The notes under the pieces are model-generated. The model saw only the letters and a list, made by a program, of their open reading frames with translations, was not told where the DNA came from and searched no databases. A program made the translations under genes and the position numbers. A DNA stretch of 64,000 bases from Clostridiales bacterium. GTDB taxonomy: Bacteria > Bacillota > Clostridia > Oscillospirales > CAG-272. Position 1 is the first letter of the stretch, and each line of letters begins with the position of its first letter. The stretch covers positions 119,265 through 183,264 of the forward strand of contig JAAZAV010000014.1 of assembly GCA_012514145.1 (NCBI GenBank), given 5' to 3'. Below, in pieces: positions 56,726 to 64,000 of the stretch.

Positions 56726-58174
56726 TTACTTTTTTGCAAAAAACTCCATTACTACTGCTATACGCGCCTCCTCCTTGCTTTTGTTGGATTCATAGTATGA
56801 GGCGAAGTTGCCCTTGTTGGTTAAGACATTGTTAACAATCTGCTGGAAGCAGCTGCCGCCTCCTCCGTAAATATACGAAAAGCTTAGCACACGGTTTTTG
56901 AACATGATATCCAGCATTTTCACCGACTCGGGGTCGTTTGCGTAGCGTCCCTTGAGGGCATACTCATAATAGCGCGGTATAACCTGACGATAACTTTCGG
57001 CGCTGAGCGCTTCAATGAGCATGCCGGTGCGGTCGGTTTCCTTTGTGGTAATGGGGATAATGCCCGGCAGCTCGGTGCAAGCGCAGATATAGTCGGTCTG
57101 AGTTTCGGTGGTCTTTGGCATCGGGAGTATGCCGTAATTGGTCTCGGTAGTGAGCAGACCTTTGATAAGATGCCCAATGGCGCCATAGGTGTAGAGTACA
57201 CGCCCCTCAGAGAACCAGGTGTTGGAGCTGTCGTCACCATAGCGATCCGAATGGCTGGCGGAATAGAAACAGACCGAACGTCCGCTTACAAGCCAGTCGC
57301 AAAGCTTGTCCATTAGCGCGACTGTTTTGTCCGAGTAGGTATCGAGGAAGAGCTCCGAGCCGTCCTCTGTCTTGCCCCATGCTTCAAAGCCGAAGTTTTC
57401 GAACAGGCAGTATGGCACTGTCATGGCGAAACCGTATATATCATCCTTGTCCACAACGCCGTTGCCGTTTTTATCATCATATACATCCTTGGTCATGGAT
57501 ATCAGTTTATCAAGCGTCCATTCGTTGTTATCCACAAGCTCATACGGGCTTGGCAGACCGTAGGAATTCACCATATCGCGGTTGAAGAATATTGTGCGGG
57601 TGGAGTGGAAACCATAGTAGGAAATGTAGTTGGAGATAAGATACATCTGTCCGTTGAGAGTGAGAGAGTCAACGGTGTATGACGGCCACCAGGGCTTTGA
57701 GAAGTCAAGGTATGGCATGTCATAGAGATTGATAAACAGTCCTTTCAGCGAAAGGTTGCCGGCTCCTATATCGTGAATGAATGCGGTATCAAAGGCGTCA
57801 TCGCCCGCAAGTATGGGTGTCTCGACCTCCTGGTTCGCCGTCCAGGTGGACTGTACAACTTGAGATAGCTTTATGTTATAGCGCTCCTCTACCGCACGGT
57901 TGGCTTCGTAGAGCACATCATTTATCTGCGAGCCGTTGAGTTCCTCTGCATATATGAAGAAGATGTAGTCGTTATCCGACATGATACGGAAATCATATCC
58001 GCCGTAATCTTCTTCGGGCAGATTGTCAGCCAGAGGATTTACTGTGTCTTCTGTCTCGATAACCGTGTCCGCGTCTGCGGCTGTGTCGGATATTGTGCCG
58101 GACTGTGAACCGCATGCAGTGAGTATAAGCATAGCGGCAAGCAAGAGTGTCAAGGTTATTCTTTTCATTTTCAT
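56726..58174 (-). CDS. extracellular solute-binding lipoprotein (ABC-type sugar SBP, about 480-aa class)
   Basis: Lipobox MLILTACGS. Blocks DKNGNGVVDKDDIYGFAM and YGILPMPK parallel those of the SBP at 20983-22464. No permease gene is adjacent. Confidence 0.8.
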   Translation of the reverse strand: MKMKRITLTLLLAAMLILTACGSQSGTISDTAADADTVIETEDTVNPLADNLPEEDYGGYDFRIMSDNDYIFFIYAEELNGSQINDVLYEANRAVEERYNIKLSQVVQSTWTANQEVETPILAGDDAFDTAFIHDIGAGNLSLKGLFINLYDMPYLDFSKPWWPSYTVDSLTLNGQMYLISNYISYYGFHSTRTIFFNRDMVNSYGLPSPYELVDNNEWTLDKLISMTKDVYDDKNGNGVVDKDDIYGFAMTVPYCLFENFGFEAWGKTEDGSELFLDTYSDKTVALMDKLCDWLVSGRSVCFYSASHSDRYGDDSSNTWFSEGRVLYTYGAIGHLIKGLLTTETNYGILPMPKTTETQTDYICACTELPGIIPITTKETDRTGMLIEALSAESYRQVIPRYYEYALKGRYANDPESVKMLDIMFKNRVLSFSYIYGGGGSCFQQIVNNVLTNKGNFASYYESNKSKEEARIAVVMEFFAKK

Positions 58175-58201
58175 GTAATACCTCCGTTATTTATTGATTT
58201 G

Positions 58202-58230
58202 AGTTTATCACATCATGCTGCCTATGTCAA
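58202..58230 (-). promoter_or_regulatory. sigma-A type promoter (extended -10) for the SBP-to-lyase operon
   Basis: Minus strand reads TTGACA, 17 nt, TGaTAAACT. Confidence 0.68.
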
Positions 58231-58297
58231 TTGTTGTCGATATATTTGCGGATTCTGCGCTTTATACCAAATTTTGCAGGAAATGCGTAAAAAACAC

Positions 58298-58326
58298 TTG
58301 ATTTAACAGCAGTTGAATGATATCAT
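58298..58326 (+). promoter_or_regulatory. sigma-A type promoter (extended -10) for the GH2 gene
   Basis: TTGATT, 17 nt, TGaTATCAT. Confidence 0.55.
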
Positions 58327-58367
58327 TACGTTAAACGACAGTTCCGTGCAAAATATGAGGTGGCATT

Positions 58368-61262
58368 ATGATAAAACTGACTGTTAACCCGAACGAACGG
58401 GTGATTCCGGTGTCGCCGGGCTGTGCGCTGCATGAAGGATGGCTTATCATGCACGACCCGGATGATCGGGGGCGCGACGAGGGTTGGCCGCTGTATGGTC
58501 TGCCCGAAGAAGCTCTGCCGGCGGAGGTTCCTTCGCTGGTGAATATGTATTATCCTGACGGTTACGGTGTGGCGTGGTATTCCCTGTGCTTCAGCCCCGA
58601 TCTCAAGGGTGACGGCGGGCTTGACTGTCTGCTGCGCTTCGGCATGGCGGAATACTGGTGCGATGTCTGGCTCAACGGTCAGTTTGCCGGAAATTACCGG
58701 GGTTGTGAGGATCCCTTCACAATTAACATAACCCGGTTTGTGGAACGTGATGTTCCGAACAGGCTGGTTATACGTCTCAGCAAACCTCATGACGAACCGA
58801 TGAACGGACTGACGCTTGAACAGATCCCGCACCGGAATCAGCGACGTCACGACCACTGCCCCGGCGCTCAGCAGAATGTTTTCGGTCTGCGTGAGGAAAT
58901 ATCCCTGTTGCAGCAGCCCCGGGTGCGTGTGACCGATTTGTATATTTACGGCGACATCGAAGCCGGCTGCATAAAAGCCCAAGTCGAGGTATATAACGGC
59001 ACACCGAAGCGGCGCGAAATCCGTATTTCGGTTGATGCGGGACTTAAGCGCACCGGCGAGGTTATGTCGAGGGTATGCGAAAAGCACGAAATTCCGCTCG
59101 GAAAGACTGTGATATCTCTCGATATCCCCATTCAGGATTTGCGGCTCTGGAGCCTCGACGACCCGAATCTCTACTTTGTGAATCTATCGCTGACAAGCAG
59201 AATAAGGAAGAAGAAATATATTCACAGCCTCACCGGCCGAACCGGTTTCCGTGATTTCAGAGTGGGCGACGACGGATATTTCCGGCTCAACGGAAAACGC
59301 ATCTTCCTGCGCGGCTCCCACAGCGGCAATAATTTCCCATACGGTATCCAGCAGTGCTGCGATCCGGCTCTCATGCGGCGCGACTTCGATATGGCCAAAA
59401 CCGCCGGGCTGAACTGCGTGCGTTTCATTGCCGGTTATTCGCAGACAGAGCAGCTCGACTACTGCGATGAAATCGGACTGCTTATATATCAGGAGCCATC
59501 TGCGGCCTGGCTGCTGCATGATTCAACTATGGCGAAAGAGCTTTATCTCGAGAACCTGTATTCGCTGGTAAAGCGCGACCGTTCCCATCCTTCGGTTGTT
59601 ATCTGGGGACTGCTGAACGAAACTCCCACACACGAACCCTTCGGAATGGCTTTCGAGGCGGCAAGAGACTGTCTCGGTGAATTGACCGAAATCGACAACA
59701 CCCGGCTTATCCTGCTGAACAGCGGGCGCTTTGACGGATACCGCGGCATCGGCTCTCTCTGCAATCCCGGCGAAAAGCATTGGCAGTGCATCTGGAATGA
59801 GGAGGAAGAAGGCGCCGAAGACCAGGCAGGCTATCGCTCCGGCGACCCGGGAGGGATGTTCAGACATGTGGGTGACATGCATGCTTATCCCACCTTCCCG
59901 ATTTCTTGGGAGGACACTCTGCTGCTCCGTGAATATGGCAAGGAGGGTAAGGCTGTATTCATATCCGAATTCGGTATCGGCTCATTGTTCGATGTGGCAA
60001 CTCTCAGCCGCCGTTACGAACAGGAAGGCATACCGCCTGATGCTCCCGACTACCGCTGGATACGCATGATGTATGACGGATTCATGGCTGACTATGATAA
60101 ATACGGACTTAACGATATCTATCCCTTCCCGCAGGACATGATGCGTCACAGTGCGCTGCTGCACAGCCGTCAGCGCAGGATAACCTTCAACATAGTCCGG
60201 GCAAATCCCCGTTACTGCGGCTACAGTATTACGGGTCTGTTGGATCACGCCATTTGCGGCGAAGGGCTCTGGACGATATTCCGTGAATACAAGCCGGGTA
60301 CCGCAGAGGCGCTTGCCGACGGCATGGCTCCGCTGAAATGGTGTCTCTTTGTCAATCCGACACATGTTTACTCAGGTCGTCCCTTCACTGTCGAGGGCAT
60401 ACTCGCCGATGAGGACATTCTCGCCAACCGCGAGTATGAAGCGGTGGTGAGGATTTTCGGTGCAGAAGGCAAGGTCTGGGAGAAGAATTATAATTTCCGT
60501 AATTCACTGCCGCGCGCGGGTCTGTCGATTCCGGTTTTCTCGGAGGAGCTGACTCTTGAACTTAAGACCGGCTCATATGAACTTTGTGTCGAGCTGACCG
60601 AAGGGGGAGCCGCAACCGACGGGCGCATGACCTTCCATGTCACAAATCCCGCCGATATGCCTAAGCTATCCGGTATAATCGGAGCTTACGGACTGCCAGA
60701 AAATATAACAGCTCTGCTCGAAACTCAGGGCGTGAGCATAGACGCCTCGGATAGTTTCGACAGCCAACCGGTGATTCTTGTATGCAACGTCGCCGCCGAT
60801 GACCGAATAAATCTGTGGCAGAGGCTTTACGCCGCCGCCGAATCGGGAGCGGTTGTAATAGCCCTCTCGCCCGATGCCTTCCCTGAAGGCGACCGGCATG
60901 TCTGCCGCAGATATCACCGAGAATGGCTCTATCACAAAGAGTATGTCGCGCTGCGCCATCCATACTTCGATTCGATTCCTGCATACGGTATAATGGACAG
61001 CGAGTATTTCGGCAGACTGATAAACGGCATCGCCTTCCGTGACGGAGACGAGCCGGATGAGGTTGCCGCCTGCTGTCTCGGCACCGGGATGAACACTTCT
61101 CCAACCGGATATGACGGCGGCTTTAACATCGGGCGATATACCATAGGAAACGGCTCGCTTGTCGTCAACAGTCTTGACATTCCGGGACAGGTCGGGCTCA
61201 ATCCCGCCGCTGATATGCTGCTGCTGAACATGCTGCGGCACCATATGGAGAGCCGTCTGTAA
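58368..61262 (+). CDS. glycoside hydrolase family 2 protein
   Basis: GH2 sugar-binding, Ig-like and TIM-barrel order. Blocks FRLNGKRIFLRGSH, NCVRFIAGYSQTEQLDYCDEIGLLIYQE and SHPSVVIWGLLNE. 964 aa. Confidence 0.85.
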   Translation: MIKLTVNPNERVIPVSPGCALHEGWLIMHDPDDRGRDEGWPLYGLPEEALPAEVPSLVNMYYPDGYGVAWYSLCFSPDLKGDGGLDCLLRFGMAEYWCDVWLNGQFAGNYRGCEDPFTINITRFVERDVPNRLVIRLSKPHDEPMNGLTLEQIPHRNQRRHDHCPGAQQNVFGLREEISLLQQPRVRVTDLYIYGDIEAGCIKAQVEVYNGTPKRREIRISVDAGLKRTGEVMSRVCEKHEIPLGKTVISLDIPIQDLRLWSLDDPNLYFVNLSLTSRIRKKKYIHSLTGRTGFRDFRVGDDGYFRLNGKRIFLRGSHSGNNFPYGIQQCCDPALMRRDFDMAKTAGLNCVRFIAGYSQTEQLDYCDEIGLLIYQEPSAAWLLHDSTMAKELYLENLYSLVKRDRSHPSVVIWGLLNETPTHEPFGMAFEAARDCLGELTEIDNTRLILLNSGRFDGYRGIGSLCNPGEKHWQCIWNEEEEGAEDQAGYRSGDPGGMFRHVGDMHAYPTFPISWEDTLLLREYGKEGKAVFISEFGIGSLFDVATLSRRYEQEGIPPDAPDYRWIRMMYDGFMADYDKYGLNDIYPFPQDMMRHSALLHSRQRRITFNIVRANPRYCGYSITGLLDHAICGEGLWTIFREYKPGTAEALADGMAPLKWCLFVNPTHVYSGRPFTVEGILADEDILANREYEAVVRIFGAEGKVWEKNYNFRNSLPRAGLSIPVFSEELTLELKTGSYELCVELTEGGAATDGRMTFHVTNPADMPKLSGIIGAYGLPENITALLETQGVSIDASDSFDSQPVILVCNVAADDRINLWQRLYAAAESGAVVIALSPDAFPEGDRHVCRRYHREWLYHKEYVALRHPYFDSIPAYGIMDSEYFGRLINGIAFRDGDEPDEVAACCLGTGMNTSPTGYDGGFNIGRYTIGNGSLVVNSLDIPGQVGLNPAADMLLLNMLRHHMESRL

Positions 61263-61287
61263 ATATTGCTGTTACAGCACTTTATAT

Positions 61288-61340
61288 CCCCTGAAGAATA
61301 CTTTGCTGGAAAATCAGGTATCGTATTCTTCGGGGTTTTT
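61288..61340 (+). terminator. rho-independent terminator after the GH2 gene
   Basis: CCCC(t)GAAGAATAC / GTATTCTTCGGGG stem (13 bp, one bulge) followed by TTTTT. Confidence 0.75.
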
Positions 61341-61431
61341 GTTAATGTCCAACAGTTTCATATAGTCTGTGTCAGAATATAAAATCCATCATCAAATAAG
61401 CGCGTAAAACTGAGTATCGAAAATCCCAACC

Positions 61432-61460
61432 TTGACATCATTCGCTTCATATGATATAAT
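61432..61460 (+). promoter_or_regulatory. consensus sigma-A promoter (extended -10) for the MBL hydrolase / gltX / glnS unit
   Basis: TTGACA, 17 nt, TGaTATAAT. Confidence 0.75.
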
Positions 61461-61498
61461 TCTATGATGTATGATAAAACATAAACGGAGGCTGAGAA

Positions 61499-62146
61499 AT
61501 GACAATTCTGACATTTATTGTCGGGGCGGTTCAGACTAACTGTTACTTCGTTATTGACGAAAAGACCTCTCGGTGCGCGGTCATTGACCCCGGCGCGGAA
61601 GCTCGGCGGATAATCAATAAGGCTGCTGAGCGCGGGCTTACTATATCGCAGATCCTACTAACTCATAGTCACTTTGATCACATGCTAGCTCTTGAGGAAC
61701 TTAGACGGGTTACCGGTGCACCGCTGGCTATACACAGACTTGACGCACCGGCACTGACAAACAGCGAAATCAACTGCATGAGACGCTTCATCAGCGGCGC
61801 TGAGCTTAACTGCCGTCAGGCTGAACGTCTGATAGAGCACGGCGATATAATCGAAATCGGAGAGATTAATCTTACGGTCATGCATACACCCGGTCATACC
61901 ATCGGTTCTGTTTGCTACCTGTCAGACGGTGTGATTTTCTCGGGCGACACGCTTTTCAGAGATGGCATCGGACGCTATGATCTCTGGGGCGGCGATTACT
62001 CCGCCCTCTGCGAATCGCTGGCATCGCTTCGCGATCTGGACGGAGATTACCGGGTTTATCCCGGGCACGGTTCTACAACTTCGCTGAGTCATGAGCGGGC
62101 GAATAATCCATATCTTGCGATGTCACAGCCCGATGCATGGATGTAA
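61499..62146 (+). CDS. MBL-fold metallo-hydrolase (glyoxalase II-like)
   Basis: LLTHSHFDH motif, later TPGHTIGS and PGHG. ACGGAGG ribosome-binding site. Confidence 0.85.
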   Translation: MTILTFIVGAVQTNCYFVIDEKTSRCAVIDPGAEARRIINKAAERGLTISQILLTHSHFDHMLALEELRRVTGAPLAIHRLDAPALTNSEINCMRRFISGAELNCRQAERLIEHGDIIEIGEINLTVMHTPGHTIGSVCYLSDGVIFSGDTLFRDGIGRYDLWGGDYSALCESLASLRDLDGDYRVYPGHGSTTSLSHERANNPYLAMSQPDAWM

Positions 62147-62205
62147 GGCACAATACCAACCACAATAACGAACATATGCAGATTACTGACGAATGGTGAT
62201 ATATT

Positions 62206-63888
62206 ATGAATTACAATGAACTTGCGGAGCTTCTCTTTCCGAATGTTACCCTCACTCCCGAGGATCTCGAGGAGAGATATCCTCCGCGCAACCTTCCCGA
62301 GGGCGCAAAGGTTGTGCGTTTTGCGCCCAGCCCTACCGGCTATGTGCATTTCGGCGGCATATACCAGGCCGTTGTGGACTACATGCTCGCCAGCCAGAGC
62401 GGCGGTGTGTTTTCGCTGCGTATAGAAGATACCGACAGCCAGCGCGAGGTTGACGGTGCGGTTGAGGCGCTTGTGAGAACCCTGGCACAATACGGCATTG
62501 AGTATGACGAGGGTGTTATTCTAAACGAGGACGGCAGTATCGGAGAGCGCGGCGCATACGGACCTTATAAGCAAAGTCAGCGCACCGAGCTATACGCCGT
62601 ATATGCCAAGAAATTAGTCTCCGAGGGCAAAGCATATCCCGGGTTTGCCACCGAAGAAGAACTGGAAGCCATTCAGGAGACCGATAAGAAGGCTGAGATT
62701 AAAAACACCGACTGGAGTGTTGCCGCTGAGCAGAAGCGAGCCGCCATGCTGGCGGGACGCGAGTTCACTATGGACGAGGTAAAGGCGCATCTTGCTGCAG
62801 GCAATCCCTTTGTCATCCGCATCCTTGCCGACGGCGATCAGGAGAAAAAAATAAAGTTCACCGACATGGTGAAGGGGGTTCTCGAGCTTCCCGAAAACGA
62901 TGAGGACTTTGTGCTACTCAAATCTGACGGCGTACCCACATACCATTTTGCCCACGCGGTGGATGACCACCTGATGCGTACTACCCATGTGATACGCGGT
63001 GAGGACTGGCTGCCCAGCCTGCCTAAGCACATTCAGCTGTTCAGATATCTCGGCTTCCGCATGCCAAAATATCTGCACACTGCCCAGATTCTCAAAATTG
63101 ATGAGAATGGCAATAAGAAAAAGATTTCCAAGCGCGACAGAGGCGCAAAGATGGACGACTACGCCGAGATGGGTTACTGTACCGACGTGGTATGGGAGTA
63201 TCTGCTCACACTGCTCAACTCCAACTATGAGGAGTGGCGCATGGCGAACCCCGACGTTCACTACCGCAATTATCCATTCAGTATCAAGAATATGTCGGTA
63301 TCAGGCTGTCTCTTTGACTTCGACAAGCTAAACGATGTCTCGCGCAATGTAATCTCCCGCATGACCGCCGACCAGGTCTACACCCAGGTGCTTGACTGGG
63401 CTAAGATATATGACCCGGAATTCGCCGTTCTGCTCGCCGAAAAGCCGGATTACGCCAAGGAAATACTCGCCATAGGCCGCGGCGGCAAAAAGCCCCGCAA
63501 GGACATAACCGTCTGGAGCGGTGTTAAGGAGTATATGTCCTTCTTCTATGACAATCTCTTTGAGCGCGGCGACTATCCCGAGGGCTTCCCGTCCGAGGAT
63601 ATCAAGCGGGCGCTTGCCGAATTTGCCGCAGTCTACAATCCTGATGACGACAACACCACCTGGTTCGCGCGTCTTAAGGCAATCGCCGGCGATATAGGTT
63701 ATGCTCCCGAGATGAAGCTCTGGAAGCAATCCCCGGAGTCCTACCGCGGAAACGTAGGCGACATCTCAATGTTTGTCCGCGTGGCAATCACCGGACGACA
63801 GAATTCCCCCGACCTGCACGATGTCATGCGCATACTCGGTGAGAAGCGTGTAAGAGAGCGTCTCGCGTCGGCAATCGCGGCACTTTAA
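62206..63888 (+). CDS. gltX: glutamate--tRNA ligase
   Basis: RFAPSPTGYVHFGG (HIGH-region variant), class I GluRS core DGVPTYHFAHAVDDHLMRTTHVIRGEDWL, and a KMSKS-like KISKRD. At 560 aa it is long for a bacterial GluRS. Confidence 0.9.
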   Translation: MNYNELAELLFPNVTLTPEDLEERYPPRNLPEGAKVVRFAPSPTGYVHFGGIYQAVVDYMLASQSGGVFSLRIEDTDSQREVDGAVEALVRTLAQYGIEYDEGVILNEDGSIGERGAYGPYKQSQRTELYAVYAKKLVSEGKAYPGFATEEELEAIQETDKKAEIKNTDWSVAAEQKRAAMLAGREFTMDEVKAHLAAGNPFVIRILADGDQEKKIKFTDMVKGVLELPENDEDFVLLKSDGVPTYHFAHAVDDHLMRTTHVIRGEDWLPSLPKHIQLFRYLGFRMPKYLHTAQILKIDENGNKKKISKRDRGAKMDDYAEMGYCTDVVWEYLLTLLNSNYEEWRMANPDVHYRNYPFSIKNMSVSGCLFDFDKLNDVSRNVISRMTADQVYTQVLDWAKIYDPEFAVLLAEKPDYAKEILAIGRGGKKPRKDITVWSGVKEYMSFFYDNLFERGDYPEGFPSEDIKRALAEFAAVYNPDDDNTTWFARLKAIAGDIGYAPEMKLWKQSPESYRGNVGDISMFVRVAITGRQNSPDLHDVMRILGEKRVRERLASAIAAL

Positions 63889-63918
63889 TCCGTAAATACA
63901 CAAAATGAGGATATTATA

Positions 63919-64000
63919 ATGGAAGAAACCACCTCCAATTTTATTCATGATATAATCGCAGCCGACCTGGCTGCCGGCGTTAATACTGTTGTGCATACCC
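63919..64000 (+). CDS. glnS: glutamine--tRNA ligase, N-terminal 27 codons (3' end lies outside the window)
   Basis: ATG at 63919 with GAGGA 8 nt upstream. MEETTSNFIHDIIAADLAAGVNTVVHT matches the GlnRS N-terminal pattern (SNFI..II..DL..G......TRFPPEPNG). The call rests on only 27 residues. Confidence 0.6.
   Translation, partial: MEETTSNFIHDIIAADLAAGVNTVVHT

Noticed and set aside
1-64000. CRISPR arrays, tRNA/rRNA genes, prophage or defence-system genes.
   Set aside because: No regularly spaced short repeats and no tRNA-like T-arm or anticodon-arm signatures were seen in any intergenic region over 100 bp. No integrase, capsid, nuclease-helicase or toxin-antitoxin-like ORFs were recognised. This comes from visual inspection only.

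Overview
64-kb chromosomal window, roughly 55-60% GC by eye, from a Gram-positive, Clostridia-like anaerobe. Supporting signs are a SpoIID-type protein, PduL, lipoprotein solute-binding proteins (SBPs), GGAGG ribosome-binding sites and sigma-A type TTGACA-17-TATAAT promoters. Housekeeping genes sit at both edges: prfA-tsaC-parC-murQ on the left, and an MBL hydrolase, gltX and glnS on the right. Between them is a dense block of glycan and amino-sugar processing genes, most without signal peptides. They include two GH127/DUF1680 genes, GH43+CBM32, two BNR/sialidase-like proteins, nagB-nagA, a beta-helix protein, a large jelly-roll glycoside hydrolase (GH), an SGNH esterase, GH2 and a heparinase II/III-like lyase operon. 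There is also an aminotransferase-kinase-amidohydrolase-isomerase-oxidoreductase operon. I recognised no transcription factor, sensor kinase, ABC permease or ABC ATPase anywhere in the window, although two lipoprotein SBPs are present. The most unusual segment is an AT-richer 4.8-kb islet (about 41.9-46.7 kb). It carries two tandem paralogous secreted proteins built from Ig-like modules, is bracketed by a 66-nt direct repeat that serves as the 5' leader of two unrelated genes, and abuts a truncated IS110-family transposase. Second is an FGGY sugar kinase interrupted by a single in-frame TGA exactly where a conserved Trp is expected. No rRNA, tRNA or CRISPR array was seen. All domain calls come from reading motifs by eye, not from searches.
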